Below, in pieces: positions 34,362 through 43,678 of a DNA stretch of 54,217 nucleotides. Source of the stretch: a virus (lineage: Duplodnaviria > Caudoviricetes); IMG/VR virus record IMGVR_UViG_3300014050_000030, positions 1-54,217 of that record; one strand, 5' to 3'. The position numbers were made by a program, and so were the translations under genes. The notes under the pieces are model-generated. The model was given only the letters and a program-made list of their open reading frames with translations. It did not search any database and was not told the DNA's origin. Every line of letters starts with the position of its first letter. The first letter of the stretch is position 1.

Positions 34362-35221
34362 CAGATTTCCCTCCAAGACTTGTCAGCCTGCTCTTTGGCC
34401 TCCACAACCTGCTCTTCTGACGTTAGCATTGAGCGGGCTTTGACGGCAAGTTCATTGAACCGTGCTAAAAAGGTGCGCCAGAGACGCTCAGAATCAGTGT
34501 GCTTTTGGAAGTCCATGGATTGGAAGAACAACTCCAGCATCTTGAACTCCAACTCGCCGTCGGTATTATGCTTCAAGCGGGCATCGGCAAGAGCTGGGAC
34601 AAAACGGCTTTCCACCAAGTTGAGCGGGCGGATGTGCCAATGCTCTTCCAGCCGGTCAGCGAACTCCCGGGCAACATCCAAAGGACGCCAGAGGTTCAAG
34701 GCCATCTCCTCGCGTCGGATGAACTTGCGCTTCTCCCGCTTCTCTGCCTGCTTGCGTTCGTATAACTCACGTTTGGCGTCCATTTTTTTAGCCAGATACT
34801 TCTCACGCTCGCGCATGGCGTCGTCGTCGCTTGAGGTCTTCTCGAAAAAGTCGTAAGGCATCGTTTCTTCCCCTCGTGAGAGAGATTTTGTTACTAAATT
34901 AGCATCTAAAAGACTATTGCTAGTCTGCAGTGTCTGCTCATACAGGAACCGGAAAACACGGTAGTTAGCGTCTGATGACAGGCTGCCGAACAAAGGCTCC
35001 ATAGCCGCTTTGATTCCCGACTCCGTTACCTCGTAATAGCTGACAACCCTGTCATTTATCTTGCTTTTATGCAAGACCGCATAACCATTATCGCGCAAAA
35101 ATTTCAGGTCTTTTTGCAGCAGGTCTCTTCCCACCCCATGACGGTTCATCATATCCTTAACGGTGGGCGACTCTGTTGAAATTAAGGATACAAGAACACC
35201 AAATGCTCTTAGTGGAATCAT
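34361..35221 (-). CDS. Putative replication initiator / winged-helix protein
   Basis: N-terminal wHTH-like (GRD...DL..L...GY); directly upstream of DnaC-like gene. Confidence 0.55.
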   Translation of the reverse strand: MIPLRAFGVLVSLISTESPTVKDMMNRHGVGRDLLQKDLKFLRDNGYAVLHKSKINDRVVSYYEVTESGIKAAMEPLFGSLSSDANYRVFRFLYEQTLQTSNSLLDANLVTKSLSRGEETMPYDFFEKTSSDDDAMREREKYLAKKMDAKRELYERKQAEKREKRKFIRREEMALNLWRPLDVAREFADRLEEHWHIRPLNLVESRFVPALADARLKHNTDGELEFKMLELFFQSMDFQKHTDSERLWRTFLARFNELAVKARSMLTSEEQVVEAKEQADKSWREI

Positions 35222-35859
35222 TTACCCATAATTTTCTTTAATTCAAGGGCAACTTCCCGCGCAAAAATCTGAGCAATATAGGTTATGGCATCGGTCAAAA
35301 CCTCTTCAACCTCCACCTCTTCCTCGTCGTCTTCTTCCTCTTCTTCCTCTTCTTCAAAGTCGCTGTCTTCTTCTACCACCGGCACGGGGGGGTTTACCAC
35401 AATCTCCTGTTTAGGCATAACCGGTTTTTCAACAGGCTTGATGTTTTCGGTAGGTGTAATTTCATACAATCCCGACGTCAAATCAAAACACCTTACTTTT
35501 GCGGCTTTACACAGCCGCAGAACCTCTGTTGATTCTGTGTCTTCGTCATCCCACAATAAAAATGCGGCGTTTTCTTTATCGGCAATAAACGCTACCGCAT
35601 CTTCAAACGGGGTATCTGTCTCTATCTGCTCGTCTCTTTGACAGTCTACGTTTTTTGAGTCTGGCAACGAGTATAGAATAATTTTTTTGTCATTATCTTT
35701 TGCGTACTGAGCCGCCCATTTTTGACCCAAAGTAGGGGTCCGCTCAAAAGGCAGAACAACCACTGAGTCTTTGTTCAAAATAAAGTAATCATCAATCAAA
35801 GCCTCAACATTTGCCCGGGTGGTATTGCCGTTTCCAGCAATCAGGATGTAGTATTCCAT
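35218..35859 (-). CDS. Hypothetical protein with Rossmann-like (SLOG-like?) N-domain and poly-Glu tract
   Basis: YILIAGNG start; acidic run EEEEEEEEDDEEE. Confidence 0.65.
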   Translation of the reverse strand: MEYYILIAGNGNTTRANVEALIDDYFILNKDSVVVLPFERTPTLGQKWAAQYAKDNDKKIILYSLPDSKNVDCQRDEQIETDTPFEDAVAFIADKENAAFLLWDDEDTESTEVLRLCKAAKVRCFDLTSGLYEITPTENIKPVEKPVMPKQEIVVNPPVPVVEEDSDFEEEEEEEEDDEEEVEVEEVLTDAITYIAQIFAREVALELKKIMGK

Positions 35860-35884
35860 GTAGTCTCCTTCATTAAGAGCCCGA

Positions 35885-35914
35885 ACTATAAACACAGGAA
35901 AGTCAGTCTAGCAA
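35885..35914 (-). promoter_or_regulatory. Putative sigma70-type promoter for the replication block
   Basis: Minus strand TTGCTA-18 nt-TATAGT upstream of AAGGAG RBS. Confidence 0.5.
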
Positions 35915-35921
35915 ATCGACC

Positions 35922-35993
35922 CCCCTCGTAGCTCAGAGGAAGAGCATCAGACTTCTAATCTGTTGGTCGCTGGTTCGAATCCAGCCGAGGGGA
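35922..35993 (+). tRNA. tRNA-Arg (UCU)
   Basis: CCCCTCG/CGAGGGG acceptor; anticodon loop CT TCT AA; GGTTCGAATCC. Confidence 0.92.
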
Positions 35994-36025
35994 CTAATAT
36001 CAATGACAGTCTTTAGGAGAGAGAT

Positions 36026-36220
36026 ATGAGTTCAGGCGTCAGACCTAGTTCCGATAAACCCGCAGAAGATTACTACTTCCAACCGTGGTGGGCCAAAGAG
36101 TTTATCCGCATTGTTGAAATCATGGAGAAAGCGGACTTGGCAAGGCTCAGCGAAAAGGATACAAAGGCCATGACAAAGGCTGCTGCGTCCCTTGCTAAGA
36201 TGTTCCCAGAGCGCCATTAG
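36026..36220 (+). CDS. Small hypothetical protein between tRNAs
   Basis: AGGAGAG RBS; last 10 nt overlap tRNA-Lys. Confidence 0.55.
   Translation: MSSGVRPSSDKPAEDYYFQPWWAKEFIRIVEIMEKADLARLSEKDTKAMTKAAASLAKMFPERH
36193..36201 (+). promoter_or_regulatory. Extended -10 (TGCTAAGAT) upstream of the tRNA-Lys/Asn/Leu run
   Basis: TGnTAnnnT 9 nt before tRNA-Lys. Confidence 0.5.
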
Positions 36221-36283
36221 CTCAGTTGGTAGAGCTGCGGACTTTTAATCCGTAGGTCGTAGGTTCGAGCCCTACATGGCGCA
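36211..36283 (+). tRNA. tRNA-Lys (UUU)
   Basis: GCGCCAT/ATGGCGC acceptor; loop CT TTT AA. Confidence 0.95.
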
Positions 36284-36287
36284 CCTA

Positions 36288-36362
36288 TCCCCGGTAGCTC
36301 AACGGCAGAGCAGCCGACTGTTAATCGGCTGGTTGTTGGTTCGAATCCAGCCCGGGGAGCCA
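36288..36362 (+). tRNA. tRNA-Asn (GUU), CCA encoded
   Basis: TCCCCGG/CCGGGGA acceptor; loop CT GTT AA; G-CCA end. Confidence 0.95.
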
Positions 36363-36363
36363 A

Positions 36364-36436
36364 GCCCTTGTAGCCCAGCGGTAGAGGCAAGCGACTTAAA
36401 ATCGCTCAAGCGTGGGTTCGAATCCCACTGGGGGCA
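36364..36436 (+). tRNA. tRNA-Leu (UAA), short variable loop
   Basis: GCCCTTG/TGGGGGC acceptor; loop CT TAA AA; variable CAAGC. Confidence 0.9.
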
Positions 36437-39400
36437 CTACTCCGAGTAGGTCAAGCTATATAAAGCCGACCATCCAGGCCCGACTCCAATAGTTCCGGAA
36501 CCGTACAAGATTGCATCCGGCAACGTGTCCTTCAACCTAGCTTGCGCTGTCACAAAGTCTTTGTAGTAATAAGACTTTGAAGCATCCGCAGTACCAGCCC
36601 ATTTGGTGTCTCTATCAGATGCATCATACAAAGAATGGCCGTCGTAGTGGCCGTCAAAGTAAAACTTTCTAGACGCGCCTTTTTCAAACAACGCATTGTC
36701 AATGTAAATTGAGTAAGTACCGCCTGTGTTGGAAGTGTCAAAAGACTGCGCCACATATAAACCGACAATTGCACGAGTGTAGTTATTTGTGCCCAATGTG
36801 CCGCCCACCGAATTGCCTGGGACCGACATTCTTGTCCATGAAGAGGACAAATCCCACATGACATAAGGCAAGGTAGTTGTTTCAAAATAAGCTTTGGACA
36901 AGTCTGTATCAGACATTGATGTTGTTCTAGTAGCGGTGAAATACCTGTTACCTACAGCAGTAATCGTGTAAACAGTGTTTGCGTTAGTTGTATTGAATGC
37001 TGAAAAAGCAATTGTGTTCGCTACGTTTGCATACTGGGTAGACGGCAACCCGAATATATGCACTTTATCCCCCGCCAAAAATTGATGCGGGGTGTTGGTA
37101 TAGAAAGTCGCCACGTTGTTTTTGCAATAGACGCCTTTTAATGTGGGCGCATTGTCTATTCTGTAATTAGAACTAGCATCACCTGGGTTTGTCAAAATAT
37201 AAGGAAGCGCCGCCACACCAATGCCGCTTGGCAAAGATGGGATTTTTGCGCTAACGCTGAATACGTACTGCTCGTCTGCGTTTACAACCACGCCAGCTGT
37301 TGTTCCGCTTGTCGAATCGCCGTTAAAGTAGATGTTCTTTCCTATAAAAAAGTCCAGCACTATTGTTGAAAACACATACGCATTGTTATCAAATAAAGAG
37401 CTAGTGTTAGTGCCAGACGAGGAAACAGTAAATGACGTGGGGCTATTGACAGTTTGAATTGTAGACGATATATCTTCTGTATTGGTAACATCATTAGCAA
37501 CAGTTGAACCGCCGGTTATAGTTTGCCCGCTTGAAACATTAATAGGCCATGCTGTATTTACTACTATATCCCCGTTTAAATCATAAGAAGCACTTGACAC
37601 AGGAACCAGTTCGTAGAAAGAAGGGACTATTCCTCGTACATTTGAACTTCCAGTTCCTGCTTTGTACATTTTTACAGAGCCGCTATAAGGGACATTGGTC
37701 GGTTGGCCGCCTATAGTAAAAGTAGTGGTGCTAGTAACCGTAATAGAACCCTTTGCATAGCGCTCACTTGTCACAATGTAATCACCTGTTGTGTACCCGT
37801 GGCCACCTGAAACAGTGATAGTCGCGGTCGAGCCAGCAATATTTTTTGATATGGTTCCAGATATAGTGCTTGGAGTTGTAAGCGTCACAACTCCTGCGTA
37901 AGAACCCGTGACATGCGCAGCGGTAGTACGGGTTGTTATAGCGCTATTAGCAGGGTTTGGATAAACCATCGGAGCGACTGCGTCCGTCATATACCAAAAA
38001 TTAGTGTTGGTCTCAAAACTTGGATTAAGAACTTGATTAACTCTGTTTGGATGAACAGTTATGTTCACCACTCGGGCGTCTTGGTACGCGCTGGCAGACG
38101 AGCCTGCTTCAAATTGCGCAGCATCCATGTACATAATGTCACCATTAGAGCAGCTTAAGAACGTGACAATTGGAACCGCGTACCTGCTGTTTGATGGAGA
38201 TGTTGCCGTGACTGTGGCTCTTTGCCAGGTATTCGCAGAGCCTGACGCAGTGTTTAGAGTTGTTCCATAAGAAGATGTGCTCAGCAAAGTGCCTGTTTTG
38301 TCATACCACCGTATGGCAAGTTTAACGCTCTTACCTGTATAAGAGTCCCTATTAAAAAACGCGCTAAATGTGTAAGCAGTGCTTGCTGATATAGGGATGC
38401 AGGCCTCTAAAGCAGACCTACGGTCAAGAGCCACGGAGGAAAATTGAACTTCAGCCCCGCTAGCTATGTTGGTAATGAGCTTTTGAGACAATGTTAAAGA
38501 CGCAGTTGTCGTGTTAACAGCCTCAACATAAGTGCCTGTCGGCACAGCGGAGGATAAAACATAGTCTCCAACCTCAGCAATGAGAGGTTTGCATATTATT
38601 GAAGTTGCGGAGGTGGCTGCGCTGGTAGCCGTGACAGTTCTTTTTTGCCCTAGCCGCAAAGTAACATCTTGCGTGCTTCCTAAAACAGCATTTAATTTCA
38701 AGAACCCTTTTTCCTTAAAAGGCCCTTGATAGGTGTCACTGCCGCTATGTCCATACGGGTAAACAGAGTTTTCATTTGTCAAAACCCACGAGATGAAAGG
38801 AGCATAAGGAGCGGTGCTGGCGTAAGCTGTTTCACCGCCGTTAATCTCCGGATACCAGCTTCCTAAAGATTCCACAAAACTGGAAGAGTTGTAATCCAAC
38901 AATCTGTTCACTCCACCGCCTGCAACAGGAGTGGAAGCTATGGTCGAGCCGTAGCCGGTGTAAAGCTCTATAAAATTTTTAATTCCGTCGATAGACCCTG
39001 ACTTTGTATATGAATCTATCAAGTTTGCAAGCAGCACACGCCCTTGCGCAACACTCATATCTCCGTACAACGAAGCCCCAAATTGCTTCAATAAAGCAGT
39101 CAAAAGCTTGGAGTCGACTGTTGAAGGGTTGTGCATGTCAAAAACATTGGTGGTTTGCTGTTTGTACAAAGAAAGATGAAAAGCAAAAAGGGCGAGAAAA
39201 TCTTTCAAATCATCGTTTTCCGATTTATATACAGAGGGAATACTTGCCATCAATGTGTCTAGCATCCCGTCATCTTTGACGACAAGCGTGGTTTCCACGG
39301 CGCTTCTGCTGACATATTGGTTTGAGCTGACGGTGTATGTCATAAACAGCGCGTAATAAGCGGTTTTACCCTGAAGGTAATCCCCCGTGACCCCCTTGCC

Positions 39401-39682
39401 GGGATTAGCGGTGCTTGAAGTAAGCGAGTCGCCAGTATCAAAGAAATGGTACTTTGAGCTGACTCCAAGGTATGTGACCGCTTGAGCAGGGTCGGATGTC
39501 CAAACATGCAAGGTCTCTCCGTCTGTTATAGACGTCGGATACCCGTCAAGGTTCCTGACCAAAGTGATGCTATCCCAGCCGGTTGATATAAACGACCAAT
39601 ATAAGTGCGTGACGCCGTAGTTAGACGGGCGTGCATATAAAGTCGTTTTAGCTGAAGCAGCTAAAGCAGAAGCATCTGTCAT
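36437..39682 (-). CDS. Large baseplate wedge / tail protein with carbohydrate-binding-like modules
   Basis: P2 gpI-like segment (L..L...FG...Y..SGS..GI...I..YTG) followed by NPSFE/DAAQFE jelly-roll-type segments; follows baseplate J. Confidence 0.75.
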   Translation of the reverse strand: MTDASALAASAKTTLYARPSNYGVTHLYWSFISTGWDSITLVRNLDGYPTSITDGETLHVWTSDPAQAVTYLGVSSKYHFFDTGDSLTSSTANPGKGVTGDYLQGKTAYYALFMTYTVSSNQYVSRSAVETTLVVKDDGMLDTLMASIPSVYKSENDDLKDFLALFAFHLSLYKQQTTNVFDMHNPSTVDSKLLTALLKQFGASLYGDMSVAQGRVLLANLIDSYTKSGSIDGIKNFIELYTGYGSTIASTPVAGGGVNRLLDYNSSSFVESLGSWYPEINGGETAYASTAPYAPFISWVLTNENSVYPYGHSGSDTYQGPFKEKGFLKLNAVLGSTQDVTLRLGQKRTVTATSAATSATSIICKPLIAEVGDYVLSSAVPTGTYVEAVNTTTASLTLSQKLITNIASGAEVQFSSVALDRRSALEACIPISASTAYTFSAFFNRDSYTGKSVKLAIRWYDKTGTLLSTSSYGTTLNTASGSANTWQRATVTATSPSNSRYAVPIVTFLSCSNGDIMYMDAAQFEAGSSASAYQDARVVNITVHPNRVNQVLNPSFETNTNFWYMTDAVAPMVYPNPANSAITTRTTAAHVTGSYAGVVTLTTPSTISGTISKNIAGSTATITVSGGHGYTTGDYIVTSERYAKGSITVTSTTTFTIGGQPTNVPYSGSVKMYKAGTGSSNVRGIVPSFYELVPVSSASYDLNGDIVVNTAWPINVSSGQTITGGSTVANDVTNTEDISSTIQTVNSPTSFTVSSSGTNTSSLFDNNAYVFSTIVLDFFIGKNIYFNGDSTSGTTAGVVVNADEQYVFSVSAKIPSLPSGIGVAALPYILTNPGDASSNYRIDNAPTLKGVYCKNNVATFYTNTPHQFLAGDKVHIFGLPSTQYANVANTIAFSAFNTTNANTVYTITAVGNRYFTATRTTSMSDTDLSKAYFETTTLPYVMWDLSSSWTRMSVPGNSVGGTLGTNNYTRAIVGLYVAQSFDTSNTGGTYSIYIDNALFEKGASRKFYFDGHYDGHSLYDASDRDTKWAGTADASKSYYYKDFVTAQARLKDTLPDAILYGSGTIGVGPGWSALYSLTYSE

Positions 39683-41151
39683 GTCGGGTCCTTGACCAAG
39701 ATGAAGTTGTCATTAGTCAACGGAATCGGAATCTCATCTACTGCGTATTCCAATTTTGTCGTTGCGGTAACTGTTCCATCCGCAGATGTAGGGTCAGTTT
39801 GAGTAGACTGGTTTTCCATGCGGGTAATCTTCAAAGCCTGCACGCCTGGAATCGAATATGTTCCGGCAGCCGTGTATATATCCTCTTGCGTTATAGTGTC
39901 GTTGAAAGTCACGTTATCAAAAGCGAACAAATCAAACAGCGCTGCTTTAACCTGTTCCTTGACTTCAGTAGAGTCGTAACCTGCTCTGACAGTCACTTCA
40001 ACGTGGACCACTGGGTAGATTGGCGTGTAATCAGACACATTCAACGTAGTATTCGGCGGAATTTTATCGACAAAGTAATCTTTAATTGTTTGCTCAAGAC
40101 CTGTTTGAGAGCTTAAAGAAGCTCCGTCAAAGCACGCTACATAAAGGTTGACTGATGTGAACACATCTGCAGCGGCAATCGCCTTTGCAACTCCCGTGAT
40201 TTGAACGGCAAGCTGCGCATAGTCCAGCAACGAGACAGCACGGTTCACGGTTCTAAGAGCCGCAGGAGCATTGAGTCTTATAGAATCCGTGGACTCTGCA
40301 TCGGCACCCCCGGATGTCTCCAGTTCTTGAGTTACTTCAACCCCGTAAAATCCATCGGTGACAATCGTTGTTATAGAACCAGACCCCAAGTTGCCCAGCT
40401 TACCCCCGCCGTAACGATAGGTCGCGTACACCGACGACCCAATGGGCGGAATCTTGCCGGAGACACCGTTTCCAAAAACAATGTAGGTGTAGCCCGCGCC
40501 GTCGGTGATAAGCGAGCACACCTCGTCAGTTGCGTCGTAATCAACTAAATGCTGGACAATCGTGTAAGGGCGGTTTGCCACCGTCACAGCAAGGCTTGAT
40601 TGAATAACAGGGGTGTTGCCAATTCTAAAAAGCTGGTTTGGGTTTCCATCAGAAACGCCAAGCTCATCTTGCTTTGCCGTAATACCTTGGAGAATATTGA
40701 TTGCCGAGGATTGAGCCCCGGATGCCAAACCGGATACGGCGGTTTGCGTTTCAAAAAGCACCCTGTTGCCGTCTTGGTCTGGCTCAGTTGCCACAAGAGT
40801 GTTTGCCGGTATATCTATAGCAGCGTTCGTGTCATTGAAAAACTTAACTTGTCCTGATGCGGCTAAGACATTTGTAGGCGTGTAGTTCAACAACCGCGCA
40901 ATATTTATAACAGTTTCGCGCTGGGTTGCTGTGCTCAGGAATGCCTCATTGGCGGCGCGGTCAATGTAGTAATTAAGAAGGTCTCCCATATATGAGAATA
41001 ACTCAATTAAAACAACGCCAAAATCAGAACTGTCGCGAGAAGTCCATTGGGGGGCAAAATTATCAATTAAGCCAATCATGTCATCGCGGATAGCCTGATA
41101 ATCCCGCGAGGTATAATCAACCTGCGGAACAGGGGGTAAGTTGGACGCCAT
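39679..41151 (-). CDS. Baseplate J-like wedge protein
   Basis: DYTSRDY..IR, D.L.YYID..ANE.FL.TA, GG.D.ES, RAV...DY. Confidence 0.92.
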   Translation of the reverse strand: MASNLPPVPQVDYTSRDYQAIRDDMIGLIDNFAPQWTSRDSSDFGVVLIELFSYMGDLLNYYIDRAANEAFLSTATQRETVINIARLLNYTPTNVLAASGQVKFFNDTNAAIDIPANTLVATEPDQDGNRVLFETQTAVSGLASGAQSSAINILQGITAKQDELGVSDGNPNQLFRIGNTPVIQSSLAVTVANRPYTIVQHLVDYDATDEVCSLITDGAGYTYIVFGNGVSGKIPPIGSSVYATYRYGGGKLGNLGSGSITTIVTDGFYGVEVTQELETSGGADAESTDSIRLNAPAALRTVNRAVSLLDYAQLAVQITGVAKAIAAADVFTSVNLYVACFDGASLSSQTGLEQTIKDYFVDKIPPNTTLNVSDYTPIYPVVHVEVTVRAGYDSTEVKEQVKAALFDLFAFDNVTFNDTITQEDIYTAAGTYSIPGVQALKITRMENQSTQTDPTSADGTVTATTKLEYAVDEIPIPLTNDNFILVKDPT

Positions 41152-41161
41152 AATTTTTTAC

Positions 41162-41581
41162 CTAGTAAACCTCTCCAGCTATTGAAAAACTACCCGACCT
41201 AATTTTAACAGATTCCTGGTCTCCTCCAGGAGCCGTAAACATCACCGTCAAAGTAACCGTTCCTGTTTGATAATTATAAGAACCTTCCACGTCGTCAAAT
41301 TTAACTTCAGGCAGCCAACGACGCAGCGATTCGCTCAAAGCCTCCGTTATAGAACTCATTAAAGAGCCTGTTGGTTCAAAGGCAGTTAATGAAGTTACGG
41401 AAGCACCATATAGAGGGCGCCATACCCGCTCGCCCTTTTCTGAGCCAATTACTGCTGCAACTTTATTTTGCCAATATTTTTTATTGTCCTTTGATACATA
41501 GCCAACGCTCCCTCCAATAAATCTAAAAGGAACATCAATAGCAACGTATTTAGTCGGTTTTGCCGGATATGTATATGCCAT
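41162..41581 (-). CDS. Baseplate gp25/W-like sheath initiator
   Basis: I..PF, GERV.RP.YG, ..W.PEV. Confidence 0.85.
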   Translation of the reverse strand: MAYTYPAKPTKYVAIDVPFRFIGGSVGYVSKDNKKYWQNKVAAVIGSEKGERVWRPLYGASVTSLTAFEPTGSLMSSITEALSESLRRWLPEVKFDDVEGSYNYQTGTVTLTVMFTAPGGDQESVKIRSGSFSIAGEVY

Positions 41582-42366
41582 CAGAACACTCCCATCCATA
41601 CTGGAAAGTTAGGGTCTCCACCCTCGTACATAACCCACACCCCGTTACCAGCGGCGGAAAGGGGAGTGGAAACCGGGTCAACAGTGACAATAAGGCTGGC
41701 CGTGGTAGGTCGTGTCGGGCTGGTACCGGCGGTATAGTAGTGGAGAGAAACCGCCGCATTGTCCGTTGACCAATAAAATTGCAAATAATCATCTTTGTTG
41801 ACATTAAGTAAATAATTCCAGCCGGAAACAATGTGTCCGTCTACGCCGCCGTGGCTGTTAGGGACGGAAATAAAACCCGTGCTACCTGCAACATCAGCGC
41901 TAGCCCCGCCGTCATTGCCAAGTCGAATCCAGATAGAAACATCGTGAAGTTGAACAGATGTGTTTTGGAACTGGCCGGACCATTGGATGTTGTAAAGCCC
42001 TGCCTGCTCAAAAACAATTTTTGATTTATTTGTGGTCTCGCCAGTATCAGCTGTAAGAGTCACGCCATTAGAAGCATCAACCTGGTTAAGCGTCATTTTA
42101 GTAGCCACATTTGCCGTGGTGGTTTGGCTAACAAAACTTTGAAAAGACCCATAAGCACCGTTGGCAAAAGAGTTGGCCACGCCTGCAACAGTCAGACAAG
42201 GCCATGCCCAGTTGGTTACAGCCTCACCAGTAACCTGAGGAACTTTTACCTTCAACCGATTTTTTTGCAAAGGGTCGTTAGTGTCCATGACAACGCCTCT
42301 GTAAATGCCAAAGAATCTTTTATCCGAGGGGTCATTGAACAAAGTATTATAAAAATTAGATGACAT
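41581..42366 (-). CDS. Baseplate spike gp5/Vgr OB-fold protein with large internal insertion
   Basis: GIYRGVV....DP....R.KV.VPQ......WA.P ... G..VWV..EGGD..FPVW.G. Confidence 0.85.
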   Translation of the reverse strand: MSSNFYNTLFNDPSDKRFFGIYRGVVMDTNDPLQKNRLKVKVPQVTGEAVTNWAWPCLTVAGVANSFANGAYGSFQSFVSQTTTANVATKMTLNQVDASNGVTLTADTGETTNKSKIVFEQAGLYNIQWSGQFQNTSVQLHDVSIWIRLGNDGGASADVAGSTGFISVPNSHGGVDGHIVSGWNYLLNVNKDDYLQFYWSTDNAAVSLHYYTAGTSPTRPTTASLIVTVDPVSTPLSAAGNGVWVMYEGGDPNFPVWMGVF

Positions 42367-43678
42367 TCTTAGCCTTCAATCTTGCAACTGTACCCGGCAA
42401 TCTAGTCGAGTTTAACAAAACGCGTTTTAAATTACTGGAGTCGCTGGTCCAATATCTTCGCGTAACAGCACTTTGCGGCCTATTTGTTGCTTCGGTAAAT
42501 CCAGTACTTTCCAATGCGTTCACTGGAGTTTTTGTTGATGTAAGTCTAGATGCGGGCGTAACTGTCTCAGTATTTTCGTTTTTCAATATAACGCGTGCGC
42601 TGCTAGTAGGCTCCGCTATTGTTTTGCCGTCATCCCAAATCAACGACCCGCCTATTGAGTCCGCACCAACCTCCAGTTCAGTTACATACTTGTACACATT
42701 TCGAGTTTCTTCGACAACTTTGTGAGAAGCCGACAGAATCACCCAATACCCGTCATAGTATTTATTGATTCCTTGTAAATAAACCGGCATATCCGGGCGC
42801 AGTTGAGGGTCGCCAATAACAAGAGCAGTTGCTCTGTACGGAAATCTGTTTCTAGCGTCTGCCGCTAACGCCTCGCTTTGCGCAATTGCATATGAAGGCG
42901 CGACTATATTTGTTGCAAAACTATCAAAAAACTCACTAGATGAAATATTGCGGCTAGTTGCAAGCCGGTCTTTGTTGGTTTCTCCCAGCGCAAGGGCAGA
43001 CGATGCGTCTACGCCGGACACCTTCACAGCTGATTTAAAGGCGTCCTCAAACAATATAGACTCACCCGCCAACAAGCTGAAGGAATATAAAGTCGAGCCT
43101 TCTGGGTCATTAGCCTCGCGCATAACAAACGAAGGGGCGTTTGCCCTCATTGAAGTGTAGTCAGTCATCAAAGGCGAGAAATAAATCTCAGTGTTTTGCA
43201 GCCTTAATGAGTAGCCAGATTGACGGGCTAAACGAACCATAAGCTCTAAATCAGTGTGCCCTGCTTGGGCAATTTGCTCGTACACACGGGGGTGCGGCTC
43301 CGTGTAGTAAGCAAATTTGTGCCTCTCTGCAATCTGCTGAATCACTTTATCAGCCGTTATGTTCGTGTAGATTTTCTGGTCAGCCTGCTTTAATTTATAA
43401 GAAGCCCCAATTAAAAGCAGTTCTGCAAAATTATTTCCGGGGGTGCTATTTGTCTCTATGTTGTGAACATAGCCATAAAACATCCTTGAGGAAGCAGTGC
43501 TTTTTAAATTAATCTGAACAGGCGTCCCAGGTTTTATAGAGAGAAAGTTGACATCCCAATCACGAAAAGAAAGCTTGACCATCTCATGGGCGTAGCGTTC
43601 TGTATATAGCTCAAACTTATAAACGCGCCCAGGCCCGATATTTGATAACGGGAAATCGATGGTCAAGTAATCAAACAT
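42356..43678 (-). CDS. Baseplate hub (gp27 / late control D-like)
   Basis: F.GYV, IA..H, Q...TD......LA...G, G.P.L.P......G....YDG.W....H. Confidence 0.8.
   Translation of the reverse strand: MFDYLTIDFPLSNIGPGRVYKFELYTERYAHEMVKLSFRDWDVNFLSIKPGTPVQINLKSTASSRMFYGYVHNIETNSTPGNNFAELLLIGASYKLKQADQKIYTNITADKVIQQIAERHKFAYYTEPHPRVYEQIAQAGHTDLELMVRLARQSGYSLRLQNTEIYFSPLMTDYTSMRANAPSFVMREANDPEGSTLYSFSLLAGESILFEDAFKSAVKVSGVDASSALALGETNKDRLATSRNISSSEFFDSFATNIVAPSYAIAQSEALAADARNRFPYRATALVIGDPQLRPDMPVYLQGINKYYDGYWVILSASHKVVEETRNVYKYVTELEVGADSIGGSLIWDDGKTIAEPTSSARVILKNENTETVTPASRLTSTKTPVNALESTGFTEATNRPQSAVTRRYWTSDSSNLKRVLLNSTRLPGTVARLKAKNVI

Noticed and set aside
35922-36436. Prophage attachment site or host chromosome junction at the tRNAs
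   Set aside because: No integrase, no duplicated tRNA 3' end, and both flanks are phage-like
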